Positions 1 to 9,638 of a stretch of 64,000 bases of DNA are shown here, in pieces; within the stretch, counting starts at the first letter, position 1; the number at the start of each line of letters is the position of its first letter. The position numbers were made by a program, and so were the translations under genes. This DNA is from a virus (lineage: Duplodnaviria; Caudoviricetes), in IMG/VR virus record IMGVR_UViG_3300028797_000100, positions 99,721 through 163,720 of that record; one strand, written 5' to 3'. The notes under the pieces are model-generated. The model was given only the letters and a program-made list of their open reading frames with translations. It ran no database searches and was not told where the DNA came from.

Positions 1-1
1 T

Positions 2-976
2 GGACTGTCTTGGAAAGAAATTCTTGCTACAACTAAGATGGGTCATATGGCTCTCCTTAGAAATATCAAGAATGTTTTCACTGAGATTAATGACCTCGAA
101 TTCTGTAAAGCTTACATGGCTGACCTGAAGGATGGGGTTATTGATGGTAAACAGTTCCCATATCGTTATGAGGCTGCTTACACCAGACTCAAGAACGAGA
201 AAGGTGTACATCATCTTTCAACAATTCTCGACGGGCTTGAGGAGTGTATCGACATCTCTGTCGAGAATCTTCCTAAGCTCAAGGGTACAACTGTATGTCT
301 TTCTGACAATAGTGGTTCCGCTTGGGGTGCTCTCACTTCAGAATATGGTTCTACAACAGTTGCTCATATCGATAACTTATCATCTGTAATTGCTGCTCAG
401 TGTAGTGATGAAGGATATGTTATCAAGTTCGGTGACAGATATGAGGAGTATCCTATTTCGCACAGAAATGGTGTCCTCAAACAAGCATCCGAAATTGACA
501 AAAATGGCTACGACATTGTCGGTGGACACACTGAAGGAGGAATCTGGAAGTGGTTCAAGAGAGCTATCAATGAGAGAATCAAGGTGGACAACATCTTCAT
601 CTTCTCTGATATGCAGGCAGGTTGTGGTGGTCTGTATGGTACCATCGAAGACATTAGAGAATACCGTGAAGCTTACGGCTATCGGTATGGACAGATGAGT
701 AGATGGAGACATCGTGGAAGCAGATGCAATCTGTATGATATGATAAACGTATACAAGCTTGTACTTGACTACAGAAAGAAAGTTAACCCCAAGGTTAACG
801 TCTTCTGTGTTCAGACAGCAGGCTATGACAACGTTGTTATACCTCAGATGACATATAGATGTGCAATGCTCACAGGATGGACTGGTAAGGAAATTCTGTT
901 TGCGAAAGAGTATATAAAACAATGGGATGACATTGAGTGGAAGAACACTTCTCCTCATGAGTCTCCCAACAACTAA
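2..976 (+). CDS. TROVE/Ro60-like RNA-binding protein, C-terminal part with vWA domain (5'-truncated by window)
   Basis: Frame is open from position 2. Contains MALLRN and FPYRY (end of TROVE domain), the vWA MIDAS motif CLSDNSGSA, IFIFSDMQ, and the C-terminal YRKKVNPKV..VQTAGY..LTGW typical of TROVE proteins. Confidence 0.85.
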   Translation, partial: GLSWKEILATTKMGHMALLRNIKNVFTEINDLEFCKAYMADLKDGVIDGKQFPYRYEAAYTRLKNEKGVHHLSTILDGLEECIDISVENLPKLKGTTVCLSDNSGSAWGALTSEYGSTTVAHIDNLSSVIAAQCSDEGYVIKFGDRYEEYPISHRNGVLKQASEIDKNGYDIVGGHTEGGIWKWFKRAINERIKVDNIFIFSDMQAGCGGLYGTIEDIREYREAYGYRYGQMSRWRHRGSRCNLYDMINVYKLVLDYRKKVNPKVNVFCVQTAGYDNVVIPQMTYRCAMLTGWTGKEILFAKEYIKQWDDIEWKNTSPHESPNN

Positions 977-983
977 TTGATAG

Positions 984-1159
984 AAACCGCCTATGATGCA
1001 GCGGTCAGTGTTACTTCTGAATTTTAAATTGATTATTTAAAACATTCATTCCCCGGTTGTAGTTAAACATTCAAGCCGATGGTATACTTGTATATCGCGT
1101 TTAACACAGAGGCGCTGGGCAAACACATATACACTGATGAATATTCTCATAGGCGGTTT
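984..1159 (+). ncRNA. Putative Y-RNA-like structured RNA downstream of TROVE gene
   Basis: Perfect 13-bp terminal stem: 984-996 aaaccgcctatga / 1147-1159 tcataggcggttt. After an internal loop comes a 7-bp stem, 1005-1011 tcagtgt / 1131-1137 acactga, enclosing nested hairpins. Starts 8 nt after the TROVE stop. Confidence 0.6.
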
Positions 1160-1236
1160 TATATGTGCTCTGAGAGGTAGTCCCCTCAAGGAGCGCTCCG
1201 AAGTTCTACAAATCAAAAAGTTTCATTTAACCTCTC

Positions 1237-1268
1237 GGGCCCTACTTGGGCCCATACTCTTTTTTTTT
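1237..1268 (+). terminator. Intrinsic terminator
   Basis: gggccc-tactt-gggccc hairpin followed by a T run. Confidence 0.6.
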
Positions 1269-1317
1269 ATTTTAAACAGCTCTGTAATTTATAACATTAT
1301 AAAGGAGATGTTAAATT

Positions 1318-3045
1318 ATGAATATTACTAATGAGATTTTATTTGCTATAGATAATATATACGAGGAGCAGTACAGAGCAAACAGTAATGTTGCTGAATC
1401 ATTGTTGAGTGTATATGACAAACAGCAAATGATTCTTGAAAGTTGTGAAGATATGATGGATCTTCCAGATATACCCATCATGGAAGCTGATTATACATTC
1501 ATGGCTGCAGACCTTGGTCAGAAAGAAAAGAAGTCAAATATCTTCCAGACTATATGGAATGCTATTAAGAATTTCTTCAAGATGTTAGCTGACAAGGTTA
1601 AATCGTTGATTGATAGAATTACTTCCAAAGGTGAGACTCCTGGGGGATATCAATCATGTAACAGTGTACTGTTGAAACTTTTATCCAAGTCCAAAGCTAA
1701 CATACCTGATGATATTGATAGCTACAAAATTCCTACAGTAAACCCAAAGTATCTTCATAAAGACTTCGTTGAGGAATCGTATATTGAAGAATATCATGAC
1801 GTAATGACTGAAGATGACTTCATCATGGAATCTGGAGATACAACAAAATATATTACAGTACAAATTCCTGTTGGTAACGGTTCAACATTCTATCCAAAAA
1901 CAATCAAAGTCCCTAACAATGATATTCTTGCCGTATTTGATAATGATGAAAAGTCTATCACATTCCATGTATCCGGTTTTGGTAAATGGACTGATATCAG
2001 TATCAACAGAACTGGTGATACTACTGGTTCTTCTGAAATCACTGGTACAAAGAAACCATGGTTTGGTGATGCAAAAATACCATTGTATCTGATAACAAAT
2101 CGTGAAGCTCTTGACAAGCTCATTGAGTTGTCTAATCTTGCCACAGCAATTCTTATTGAGAAGAAAGAAAAGCACGTAAAGTTATTCAACCATAGAATCA
2201 AGGGTATCATCGATGATATCGAGAAGAATGCTAAGAAGATTAAGATGAACAAGTATGCTGTTTCATTGAAAGATCTCACATATTTCCAGAAGGCTTTGAA
2301 CAAGATCAATTATAAATTGGATCAGTATGCAAACATCAATACAGATGTATCATCTTTAGATAAACATACTATAGAAAATCTTTCTTACTTAACAAGCAAG
2401 ATGATTAGATACCAGATAGCATTCAATATGATTACATCATCTCTCAATGATAACTACATAGTGGATGCTAAATTCATTGGTTGTATTAGAAGCGTTGCTT
2501 TGCTTGACCAGTTTGTTGCAACATGTATAAAACAGGGTCTTCCTCCAAAATACATCGCATATAATACATGGCTTGTTGCTGATCAATGCATCAAGGGTTC
2601 AAAGAATGACTACAAACCTGTATGGGGTCAGACTAGATTCATCTTCTTCCCACCAGGAGGCCGTGTAGTTTATAAGATTGCCATGACAGGTTCTGGTATA
2701 ACATCCAATAAAGCAGAAGATCGTACATCTGATCTGTTTGTTAAGATGGATAGAGTTGATCTGATTGCTCCTGTATGTAAGGTATGGCCTGCAAATGCAA
2801 TTATTGCTATGGAGCGTGTAGACAATGAAGAGAAGCCGTCATATCCAGCATTGATGTCATATACAAAACGTGTCAATGATGTTATTGAAGATTATGAAAG
2901 ATCACACAATCTCCATCTCAACATTGACATATCCGACCAGCATAAAGACAATATCAAGTATGATAAGAAATATGGTTGCTATAGATCTATCGACTATGGT
3001 ATTGCGAACAGAGTTTATCGTAAACCTGAAAAGAAAAAGAAGTAA
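1318..3045 (+). CDS. Putative virion (head) protein with C-terminal protein-kinase-like domain
   Basis: Acidic N-terminus with xxE motifs (ILES, IMEA, FVEES, FIMES). The C-terminus has VYKIA, SNKAE, IAMERV, DQHKDN and SIDYG, matching the kinase Lys, alphaC Glu, catalytic loop and DFG equivalents. Paralog of 18930-20546. RBS aaggag. Confidence 0.65.
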   Translation: MNITNEILFAIDNIYEEQYRANSNVAESLLSVYDKQQMILESCEDMMDLPDIPIMEADYTFMAADLGQKEKKSNIFQTIWNAIKNFFKMLADKVKSLIDRITSKGETPGGYQSCNSVLLKLLSKSKANIPDDIDSYKIPTVNPKYLHKDFVEESYIEEYHDVMTEDDFIMESGDTTKYITVQIPVGNGSTFYPKTIKVPNNDILAVFDNDEKSITFHVSGFGKWTDISINRTGDTTGSSEITGTKKPWFGDAKIPLYLITNREALDKLIELSNLATAILIEKKEKHVKLFNHRIKGIIDDIEKNAKKIKMNKYAVSLKDLTYFQKALNKINYKLDQYANINTDVSSLDKHTIENLSYLTSKMIRYQIAFNMITSSLNDNYIVDAKFIGCIRSVALLDQFVATCIKQGLPPKYIAYNTWLVADQCIKGSKNDYKPVWGQTRFIFFPPGGRVVYKIAMTGSGITSNKAEDRTSDLFVKMDRVDLIAPVCKVWPANAIIAMERVDNEEKPSYPALMSYTKRVNDVIEDYERSHNLHLNIDISDQHKDNIKYDKKYGCYRSIDYGIANRVYRKPEKKKK

Positions 3046-3047
3046 TT

Positions 3048-3076
3048 ATATGGGGGCTATATGCCCCCATATTTTT
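3048..3076 (+). terminator. Intrinsic terminator
   Basis: atatgggggc-tatat-gcccccatat followed by Ts. Confidence 0.75.
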
Positions 3077-3083
3077 ATTATCT

Positions 3084-3097
3084 AAATATATATTATT
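3084..3097 (+). promoter_or_regulatory. Phage promoter motif AAATATATATTATT (tRNA promoter)
   Basis: The identical 14-mer recurs on the minus strand at 11237-11250, 13770-13783 and 27309-27322, always just after a terminator or gene end and upstream of a gene. Confidence 0.65.
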
Positions 3098-3123
3098 ATT
3101 ACGGAGAACAAAGGAAATAATAT

Positions 3124-3198
3124 TGGGGCATAGCCAAGTGGTAAGGCACAGGACTTTGACTCCTGCACCCGTGGGTTCAAATCCCGCTGCCCCAACCA
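3124..3198 (+). tRNA. tRNA-Gln(UUG)
   Basis: Acceptor stem tggggca/tgcccca, D loop agtggta, anticodon arm cagga-ctTTGac-tcctg, T arm gtggg-ttcaaat-cccgc, encoded CCA. The discriminator base is A. Confidence 0.95.
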
Positions 3199-3385
3199 TA
3201 GGGTTTGTCATATGGCAAGCCCATCATTTTCTTTTACATCCTATGGGGCGTAAGAGCCCCACATTATATCATTTCATTTTATACAGCTATTCCGATCACC
3301 CGCTGTATCTGGGAGTTGTGGCAACTCCCTTCCCTTTTAAAATAATTCAATTTATATAGATATTTCATATGAAGGAGATGGTTAT

Positions 3386-3760
3386 ATGACACTTATGGAG
3401 TGTGCTAGCAAGGTCTGTTATCTATTGGGAATTGATGGCAATGATATCAACGAGATATACTTTGTTGAAAGGAAGGTCATCAAAAAAGAAAATAGAATAA
3501 AAGGTGTTGTGATACGTACAACATTTCTAATTATAATTGTACCAGATCTAAATAACATGGAATACATTCTTCAGTATGATTCAGAACAGACTGAGGATGA
3601 TATAATCCATGACCTCGTTGACGTACATCAATTCGCACAACGAGACGTAGCACGAATTCTCCGATATTGTCAAGGTACGATATCGAGAAAAATACATAAA
3701 AAGGAAGTAAAAGAAGATGAAAAAGGAGGAATTGATCTGCAAGATCAAAACATGCATTGA
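3386..3760 (+). CDS. Hypothetical protein with C-terminal helix-turn-helix
   Basis: FAQRDVARILRYCQGTISRKI fits an HTH pattern. RBS aaggag. Confidence 0.55.
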   Translation: MTLMECASKVCYLLGIDGNDINEIYFVERKVIKKENRIKGVVIRTTFLIIIVPDLNNMEYILQYDSEQTEDDIIHDLVDVHQFAQRDVARILRYCQGTISRKIHKKEVKEDEKGGIDLQDQNMH

Positions 3761-4247
3761 TGAAAATATCGATGCACAAAAAGCATACCGCGAGAAACAC
3801 ATAAAGAAAGCGGTGAATGAATTAAGCAAGTCGGTTGGAACAATCGATTCATGCTTAGTCATCAAGGACGTACTGGATGACGAAAACACTTTAAGAAAAA
3901 CACTAAATGATCGACATCATTGGGTAATGTCTATCGAGACAATTGTGAACAATGTAGAGAACACATTGGACCAGTGCCTGTATGATATCGAGTATGAATT
4001 GATCACGGCATACAAGATACGTGTGGTAATCAATGATGCAATAGCTCTCCATCTTGAGCATGAGAAATCTGCTTCATATGAGGGAGGATGTACAACTCCC
4101 AATTGCAGATTATATTGGGGAATAGCTCATCTTGAAAGAGAGCCTGAACCAACAAAGATGACACGCTGCAATGCTGGAGATCCGGCAGCAATATTGAAAC
4201 TGATGGATGCGGTTGAGCATGCGGCATATCCACACAGATATCAATGA
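3717..4247 (+). CDS. Hypothetical protein
   Basis: 176-aa ORF in an operon, followed by a terminator. Confidence 0.7.
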   Translation: MKKEELICKIKTCIDENIDAQKAYREKHIKKAVNELSKSVGTIDSCLVIKDVLDDENTLRKTLNDRHHWVMSIETIVNNVENTLDQCLYDIEYELITAYKIRVVINDAIALHLEHEKSASYEGGCTTPNCRLYWGIAHLEREPEPTKMTRCNAGDPAAILKLMDAVEHAAYPHRYQ

Positions 4248-4253
4248 AAAGAT

Positions 4254-4284
4254 TACGGGGCTTCACGCCCCGTATTTTTTTTTT
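4254..4284 (+). terminator. Intrinsic terminator
   Basis: tacggggc-ttcac-gccccgta followed by T10. Confidence 0.8.
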
Positions 4285-4293
4285 CATTTATTC

Positions 4294-4305
4294 ACATATA
4301 TTATT
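4294..4305 (+). promoter_or_regulatory. Phage promoter motif (ACATATATTATT)
   Basis: Variant of the recurring motif, located directly after a terminator. Confidence 0.55.
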
Positions 4306-4352
4306 GGCTTGAACACAACAGAAGAAATATATTCTTGAAAGGAGTTGATATT

Positions 4353-4406
4353 ATGGGAGAAATATTCATCCCAAGCACTTCTGGTTCTGAAGTATTCTGC
4401 GGTTAA
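4353..4406 (+). CDS. 17-aa small ORF MGEIFIPSTSGSEVFCG
   Basis: Strong RBS gaaaggag followed by ATG at 4353. Lies within the long-range stem 4308-4325/4457-4473. Confidence 0.5.
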   Translation: MGEIFIPSTSGSEVFCG

Positions 4407-4494
4407 CCCTATAAATCGCAGTTTTGATTGATATCACACGCAACAAACCCTAATCATCTTCTGTTGTGTCAAGTTATATAGGAGGTATAAATAA

Positions 4495-5280
4495 ATGAAT
4501 AAAAATTATAAATCAGAAATTCTCATAAACTTTGAAGTTCCACCGATGTGGGATTATTGTCCCAATGAAGAAATGATGTATATAGATAACATATTCAAAC
4601 CACCAGTTATCTCATTACAGGGTTCAGACCAGTACTCGGTTCTACCAATGGGTCCAACTATGGTGAGAACGATGATGGGTTCGGTAACATTCTACAAGTG
4701 TGAACTTTTTACAAACGAACTTGAGATTGTTCCTGTAGGACCTAAGCGTATAGGTTATCTAGATCCATCAAATCCAAAGCCAAGTGAAGGGTTTGAATAT
4801 CAACATTATGACGGTAGAATCAAACCGGGTAAAAAACTATTTGTTTCACCAGGATTCTTATCAAGGTATTGTCTCCCCAGCATCAGATATGATCTTGATT
4901 CGGGTGACTATAACAAGATTAAATCCGTGCTATATCCAAAACATAAGAGTGAAGCTGATCTAAACCATATATCTGAATTGTTATCTGGATATGCAAACTC
5001 ACATGAGTTATACTATATCAGATTGGATGATATGATGTATGCCTTAGAATCTGTTATACAACCATCTCTTCCCGATCAGACACTATTCTTCCCAGAAATG
5101 GGACAACGTCGTCCATTGATACATAAAGAGCAAGTTCGTCTACATGACTTTCCGGTTGTGTTTACGAGACAAGATGCTGAAGTAAGGCATGTTGATGTTA
5201 CAACATACGGCGTGACTGTTAATGAGGACGATTATCTGTGGGCAGTATGTTTGTTCTCAGAATTATATGATATGGCTTAA
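4495..5280 (+). CDS. Hypothetical protein
   Basis: 261-aa ORF with RBS aggagg. Confidence 0.75.
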   Translation: MNKNYKSEILINFEVPPMWDYCPNEEMMYIDNIFKPPVISLQGSDQYSVLPMGPTMVRTMMGSVTFYKCELFTNELEIVPVGPKRIGYLDPSNPKPSEGFEYQHYDGRIKPGKKLFVSPGFLSRYCLPSIRYDLDSGDYNKIKSVLYPKHKSEADLNHISELLSGYANSHELYYIRLDDMMYALESVIQPSLPDQTLFFPEMGQRRPLIHKEQVRLHDFPVVFTRQDAEVRHVDVTTYGVTVNEDDYLWAVCLFSELYDMA

Positions 5281-5309
5281 TATAGAAAATTAACAAAGGA
5301 ATGATTTGA

Positions 5310-6368
5310 ATGTATGCCTTCATAGGAGACCTCCACTTAGGAGTTAAATTACCACAGATGGATTTCTTGAAATCTTTAGATAAATTTCTTGGTTTAATAA
5401 AAGAGCATAAAGAAGAATGTCATTGTATCTTCGTAGCAGGGGATTTATTCGATCACAAATTATCAGTAGAGGAAGCAAAGTTCGCTGCAATATTCTTGGT
5501 TAATCTTGTATACAATAACTGTGGTAGAGATGGTAGACAGCATGTACCTGTTCATTTCATTCATGGTACATATACACATGACAATGAACAATATGAGATG
5601 TTTATGCCATTATTGGAAAGACTCAGTAATGCGGAAGTATTCTATACAAAGCATGCGTGTAAGATTACTTTACACAATGGAGTCAGAGTTCTGTATATGC
5701 CACAAGAATATCGTGGTAGCATAGATTATTCGCAAGCTTTCAAAGAAAAATATGACTTGATTGTTGGTCATGGTCCCATTTCATCCAATGTGAAGGCACC
5801 ATGTAAATCTACACAATATGAGATACTTCATTCTGCAGAGCAATTAGGCGATATATCCAAGTTGTGTGTATTCGGTCATTATCATGGTTATACCGACTTT
5901 GGTAATGATGTATACTACACAGGTCCATGGTTACGTTGGAAGTATGGTGAAGATGAACCGAGAGTATTCTTCTTTGCAAATGATGACTTCGAAGTTGAAA
6001 CAGTACCTAATGAATTTGCAATGGAATTTGTTACTGTGCATGTTACTTCATGTGAGGAACTTCGTAGTTGGTTATCCAAAGATATAACATCGCCACATAG
6101 ATTCATCATTCATTGCAAGAATGATGAATTGAATGAATACCATGGTATTATGAATGCTTATAAGAATAATCAATTTGTAAAGTATCAGATTATGTCTGAG
6201 CATGTTGAAGCTAAAGATATAACTATAAATGCAGATACAGTGAAGCCAATGGTTGAACCTGTACCTGCATTGATAGAATATGTCAAAGACAAGTATGATA
6301 TTGATGTAACCGAGGAGGTTAAAGAATATGAATCAAGAATCAACAGAGACGGCAAACCAGAACAATGA
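5310..6368 (+). CDS. SbcD/Mre11-like metallophosphoesterase nuclease
   Basis: Motifs GDLHLG, AGDLFD, GTYTHD, VGHG, FGHYH, YTGP. Confidence 0.85.
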   Translation: MYAFIGDLHLGVKLPQMDFLKSLDKFLGLIKEHKEECHCIFVAGDLFDHKLSVEEAKFAAIFLVNLVYNNCGRDGRQHVPVHFIHGTYTHDNEQYEMFMPLLERLSNAEVFYTKHACKITLHNGVRVLYMPQEYRGSIDYSQAFKEKYDLIVGHGPISSNVKAPCKSTQYEILHSAEQLGDISKLCVFGHYHGYTDFGNDVYYTGPWLRWKYGEDEPRVFFFANDDFEVETVPNEFAMEFVTVHVTSCEELRSWLSKDITSPHRFIIHCKNDELNEYHGIMNAYKNNQFVKYQIMSEHVEAKDITINADTVKPMVEPVPALIEYVKDKYDIDVTEEVKEYESRINRDGKPEQ

Positions 6369-6438
6369 GTTTCTGGAATTTCTCAGCAGTTTAGATCTGT
6401 TTGAGTATCATGAATATCTTGTGAAAGGGAGGATTTGA
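6328..6438 (+). CDS. 36-aa small protein (MNQESTETANQNNEFLEFLSSLDLFEYHEYLVKGRI)
   Basis: RBS gaggagg upstream of ATG 6328. Fills the gap before 6443. Below the ORF-track size cutoff. Confidence 0.45.
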   Translation: MNQESTETANQNNEFLEFLSSLDLFEYHEYLVKGRI

Positions 6439-6442
6439 ATTT

Positions 6443-6802
6443 ATGAAACCACGTATCATAAGACGTTTAGCGGGAGTGACTGAAAAGACTCTGATGGATG
6501 GCTTTAATAAAACGAAACTCAATCATCGTGTTTTGTGTATCAGTAGCGTCATTGTAACACCCGTGGCTAAACTACCAAAAGTATTGAAAACCAGAAGTTC
6601 TGTATCATATGAAATTGATGATGACAATAATGATGATGAGGAGTTATATCTGACAGAAAATGATATTGAATTGCTACAGGAAGCGTTTGAAGAATGGACT
6701 TCACATAATAAGAAACATCCACAGAAGAAAGACTTTGGTCCTATAAAGGAATATCTTCAATACATAAAGGATCAAATGGTTCATTATAGAAAGGCTGATT
6801 AA
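6443..6802 (+). CDS. Hypothetical protein
   Basis: RBS gggagg; part of an operon. Confidence 0.7.
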   Translation: MKPRIIRRLAGVTEKTLMDGFNKTKLNHRVLCISSVIVTPVAKLPKVLKTRSSVSYEIDDDNNDDEELYLTENDIELLQEAFEEWTSHNKKHPQKKDFGPIKEYLQYIKDQMVHYRKAD

Positions 6803-6803
6803 T

Positions 6804-7346
6804 ATGGAAGCATATAGATTTGATGAAAAGATGTATGTTGTTGGTGATGCATACATCTTGCATAGATTTGTACATGTTGATGGTAAGGAAACCTCAAGAG
6901 AAGATAAGATAATGGGTATATTGACGAAATACTCGCCATCTTTATTAACATTTATGACCATCAATGGTACAATAACATTTGAAGCTACTGTACATCCTGA
7001 CTTTGAAACATATAATCCAAAAACAAGGATTGGTATACTTGGTAACAAGTTTGACATTGTAATGAGTGGCTTAAAAGCAAATCTGGATGTAATAGAACAA
7101 ACTTTCAAACCAGGTCTCGCTTATTATATAAAGACACCTGTTGATTGGATTAACAGACCAAACTTTTATGGTATATATGCAGGATATAATGAAAAGGATC
7201 TCTGGGAATGGCCTGAACTTAAGTTCATGTCTGAGAAAGGTGAGGTTCGCATACACTTTATAGATATTCTCAGAGGAGTAGTTACAGTATCCAAATTCGA
7301 TAAACCATCAGAAACAATTACATTTGATGACATAGGAGGAAAATAA
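6804..7346 (+). CDS. Hypothetical protein
   Basis: 180-aa ORF in an operon. Confidence 0.7.
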   Translation: MEAYRFDEKMYVVGDAYILHRFVHVDGKETSREDKIMGILTKYSPSLLTFMTINGTITFEATVHPDFETYNPKTRIGILGNKFDIVMSGLKANLDVIEQTFKPGLAYYIKTPVDWINRPNFYGIYAGYNEKDLWEWPELKFMSEKGEVRIHFIDILRGVVTVSKFDKPSETITFDDIGGK

Positions 7347-7347
7347 A

Positions 7348-7464
7348 ATGACCGAAGAAAATCAGAATGCATTGGTTGATGAGTTACATGCTCTCAACTT
7401 GAACATTCAAGAACTTATAAAGGTTCTCAAGGATAATAAAGAACCAAGCAAAGGAGGAAAATGA
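7348..7464 (+). CDS. 38-aa small coiled-coil protein
   Basis: RBS aggagg. Sequence MTEENQNALVDELHALNLNIQELIKVLKDNKEPSKGGK. Exactly fills the gap between neighbouring genes. Confidence 0.6.
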   Translation: MTEENQNALVDELHALNLNIQELIKVLKDNKEPSKGGK

Positions 7465-7465
7465 T

Positions 7466-8134
7466 ATGAGTGAACCAATGTTATCACTTGATGAAGTACG
7501 TGTCATAATGACAAAGTGGATCAAACCATTCATAGACAAATGGGAGAACGATGGGGATTCGTGGAGATTTGAAAGTTTTCCCGGTGAGTTCTATTGGTTC
7601 TGGTCATGTAAATCCTCAAACATTAACACGGGTGTTGGAGCAAAGCTTATCTGTCAAGGTTCATGTATCGCAATATGGTCCATAAATGATAACAATACAA
7701 ATATTCTGGTAAAGGAAGATAAGGTTGTTATCGATAACGAATACTCAAACTTTGAACATTTCAATCATGATGAGATGCATGATCTTTATTTAGCACTCAT
7801 GTATCATGATACTGGGGATGAAGCTGAAGAGATTATGAATAACAATCTTGACAAAGAATCAAACCCTACAGGCATCAACATTGATAGTCATTTACCTGGC
7901 ATCATAGTCAAACAAAAGTTTGATCTTAATTACTTCGAACTGTATAATGCGTACGCTGTATATGATCAAGCGGGTGTATGTGCACATGGTATACTCATAT
8001 CAGCAAACGAGAATGTTCTCACATTCTGTACATATGGAATTCGTGGTAGTGGTCGTACCGATCTTATAATTGACATTGACGAATATACTGAAGGTAAATT
8101 CACTATTAAACCATTGATAGTCGGTGAACAGTAA
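7466..8134 (+). CDS. Hypothetical protein
   Basis: 222-aa ORF with RBS aaggagg. Confidence 0.7.
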   Translation: MSEPMLSLDEVRVIMTKWIKPFIDKWENDGDSWRFESFPGEFYWFWSCKSSNINTGVGAKLICQGSCIAIWSINDNNTNILVKEDKVVIDNEYSNFEHFNHDEMHDLYLALMYHDTGDEAEEIMNNNLDKESNPTGINIDSHLPGIIVKQKFDLNYFELYNAYAVYDQAGVCAHGILISANENVLTFCTYGIRGSGRTDLIIDIDEYTEGKFTIKPLIVGEQ

Positions 8135-8169
8135 TTTACCAAAATCACATAAGGAAAGGAAGATGTACT

Positions 8170-9597
8170 TTGGCTACTAAGAAAGCCTCGGCTCTTGAAG
8201 CTGATCTTCAGAATCTCGATATTATGACAGTATTATCTGGAGGAGGAACTTCGAAAGTATTTGAGAAGAATACTCTTGTTGACTACTGTTATCCCACTGG
8301 TATATCTGTTATAGATTACTACCTTGGATACATTGTTAACGTCAGAGATGAATCTGGTCAGATAATCAAACAGCGTGAATGTATCGGTCTTCAGGCAGGT
8401 TCATTCAATGTACTTACTGGTGCAACACAGTCATTCAAGACCACACTTGGTATGCAGATGGTTGCTAACATAGCATATCAGTACAATGGCAATGTTGTAC
8501 ATATCGATGCTGAAAACCGACTATCTCTTCAGAGAGTTAAGACGCTTACTAAACTTCCTGAGTCATGGTTCGATGCAGAGTTCCCACGTTATGCAATCAA
8601 GAACGGTGCAATCGGTTATGATACTCTTCAGGAATACATCACTGAAATCTATGAGAACAAGATGAAGTATGTAAATGTATTGAGTAAGGATACTGGCGAA
8701 GTAGATGATCACAATCGTCCTATCAAGCTTATGCCTCCTACAGTTGTATTCCTTGATTCGTTGTCAGATGTAATCGCCAAGGAATATGATATGCGTGATA
8801 AGAAGGAATGGGATAAGCAGAAAGAGATGCGTTCTAATACTGATGGTATGCAGAATGCCAAAACACTTAAGGGTGTTCTCAATGATATACTTCCTATGCT
8901 TAAGGAAGCAAACATCATCCTTATTACAATTGCTCATGAGAATGCAAACGTTGCTATGACTGCATTTGCAGGACCAAAGAAGCAGTTCCAGTATGGTAAT
9001 AAGGATGTCAAGATCAGTGGTGGTAGAAGTGTTGAATACAATGCATCTGCACTTATGACATTCACTGGCGAGATCAAGGATGATTCACGTTATCATGAAG
9101 AGTCTGATGGTTTTGAAGGTAACACCGTTCTGTTTGAACCTACCAAGGTATCAACAAATGAATCTGGTAATGCAAAGACTGGATTAAGTGCTCGTATCAT
9201 TATCGATAAGAGACGTAACGGTGCAGATAATCTCAGAACTCTTGTTAAGTTCCTTGAAGATAAAGGACGTATCAAGGGTGATAAGCGTGGTTATAAGGTT
9301 CTCAATGACAAGGGTGAAGAAATCTCTGAGAAGTTCTCTTGGAAGAATATATACACAGACTTCGAAAAGGACAAGGCTACTTTCAGAACATTCATGATTG
9401 TTGCTAAGGAAGAACTTACAAAGCTCTTGGCTAAAGCACCTGATGTTGCTGGACAGATTGATCCCTTCAATGTTAACAACATTCTCAACAATCTCGGTGA
9501 TGACAAGATTGAGAGTGGTACAACTGATACACTCATTTGCAGATCTATGCGTGTTCGCATGGAACTCGACGATGAGTATGAATACTATAGCGCATAA
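8170..9597 (+). CDS. UvsX/RecA-like recombinase
   Basis: YPTGI..ID, Walker A variant GATQSFKTT, HIDAE, Walker B VFLDSL, SGGRSVEYNA. TTG start. Confidence 0.85.
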   Translation: MATKKASALEADLQNLDIMTVLSGGGTSKVFEKNTLVDYCYPTGISVIDYYLGYIVNVRDESGQIIKQRECIGLQAGSFNVLTGATQSFKTTLGMQMVANIAYQYNGNVVHIDAENRLSLQRVKTLTKLPESWFDAEFPRYAIKNGAIGYDTLQEYITEIYENKMKYVNVLSKDTGEVDDHNRPIKLMPPTVVFLDSLSDVIAKEYDMRDKKEWDKQKEMRSNTDGMQNAKTLKGVLNDILPMLKEANIILITIAHENANVAMTAFAGPKKQFQYGNKDVKISGGRSVEYNASALMTFTGEIKDDSRYHEESDGFEGNTVLFEPTKVSTNESGNAKTGLSARIIIDKRRNGADNLRTLVKFLEDKGRIKGDKRGYKVLNDKGEEISEKFSWKNIYTDFEKDKATFRTFMIVAKEELTKLLAKAPDVAGQIDPFNVNNILNNLGDDKIESGTTDTLICRSMRVRMELDDEYEYYSA

Positions 9598-9603
9598 CAA
9601 ACA

Positions 9604-9638
9604 AAAAAAAAGAACCCCCGCAATGGGGGTTCTTTTTT
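9604..9638. terminator. Bidirectional terminator
   Basis: A run, gaaccccc-gcaat-gggggttc, T run, between convergent genes. Confidence 0.8.

Noticed and set aside
1137-1331. 64-aa ORF after TROVE
   Set aside because: It has no RBS and crosses the RNA stem and a terminator.
2987-3359. ORFs 2987-3211(-) and 3123-3359(+)
   Set aside because: They overlap the tRNA and the hairpins and are spurious.
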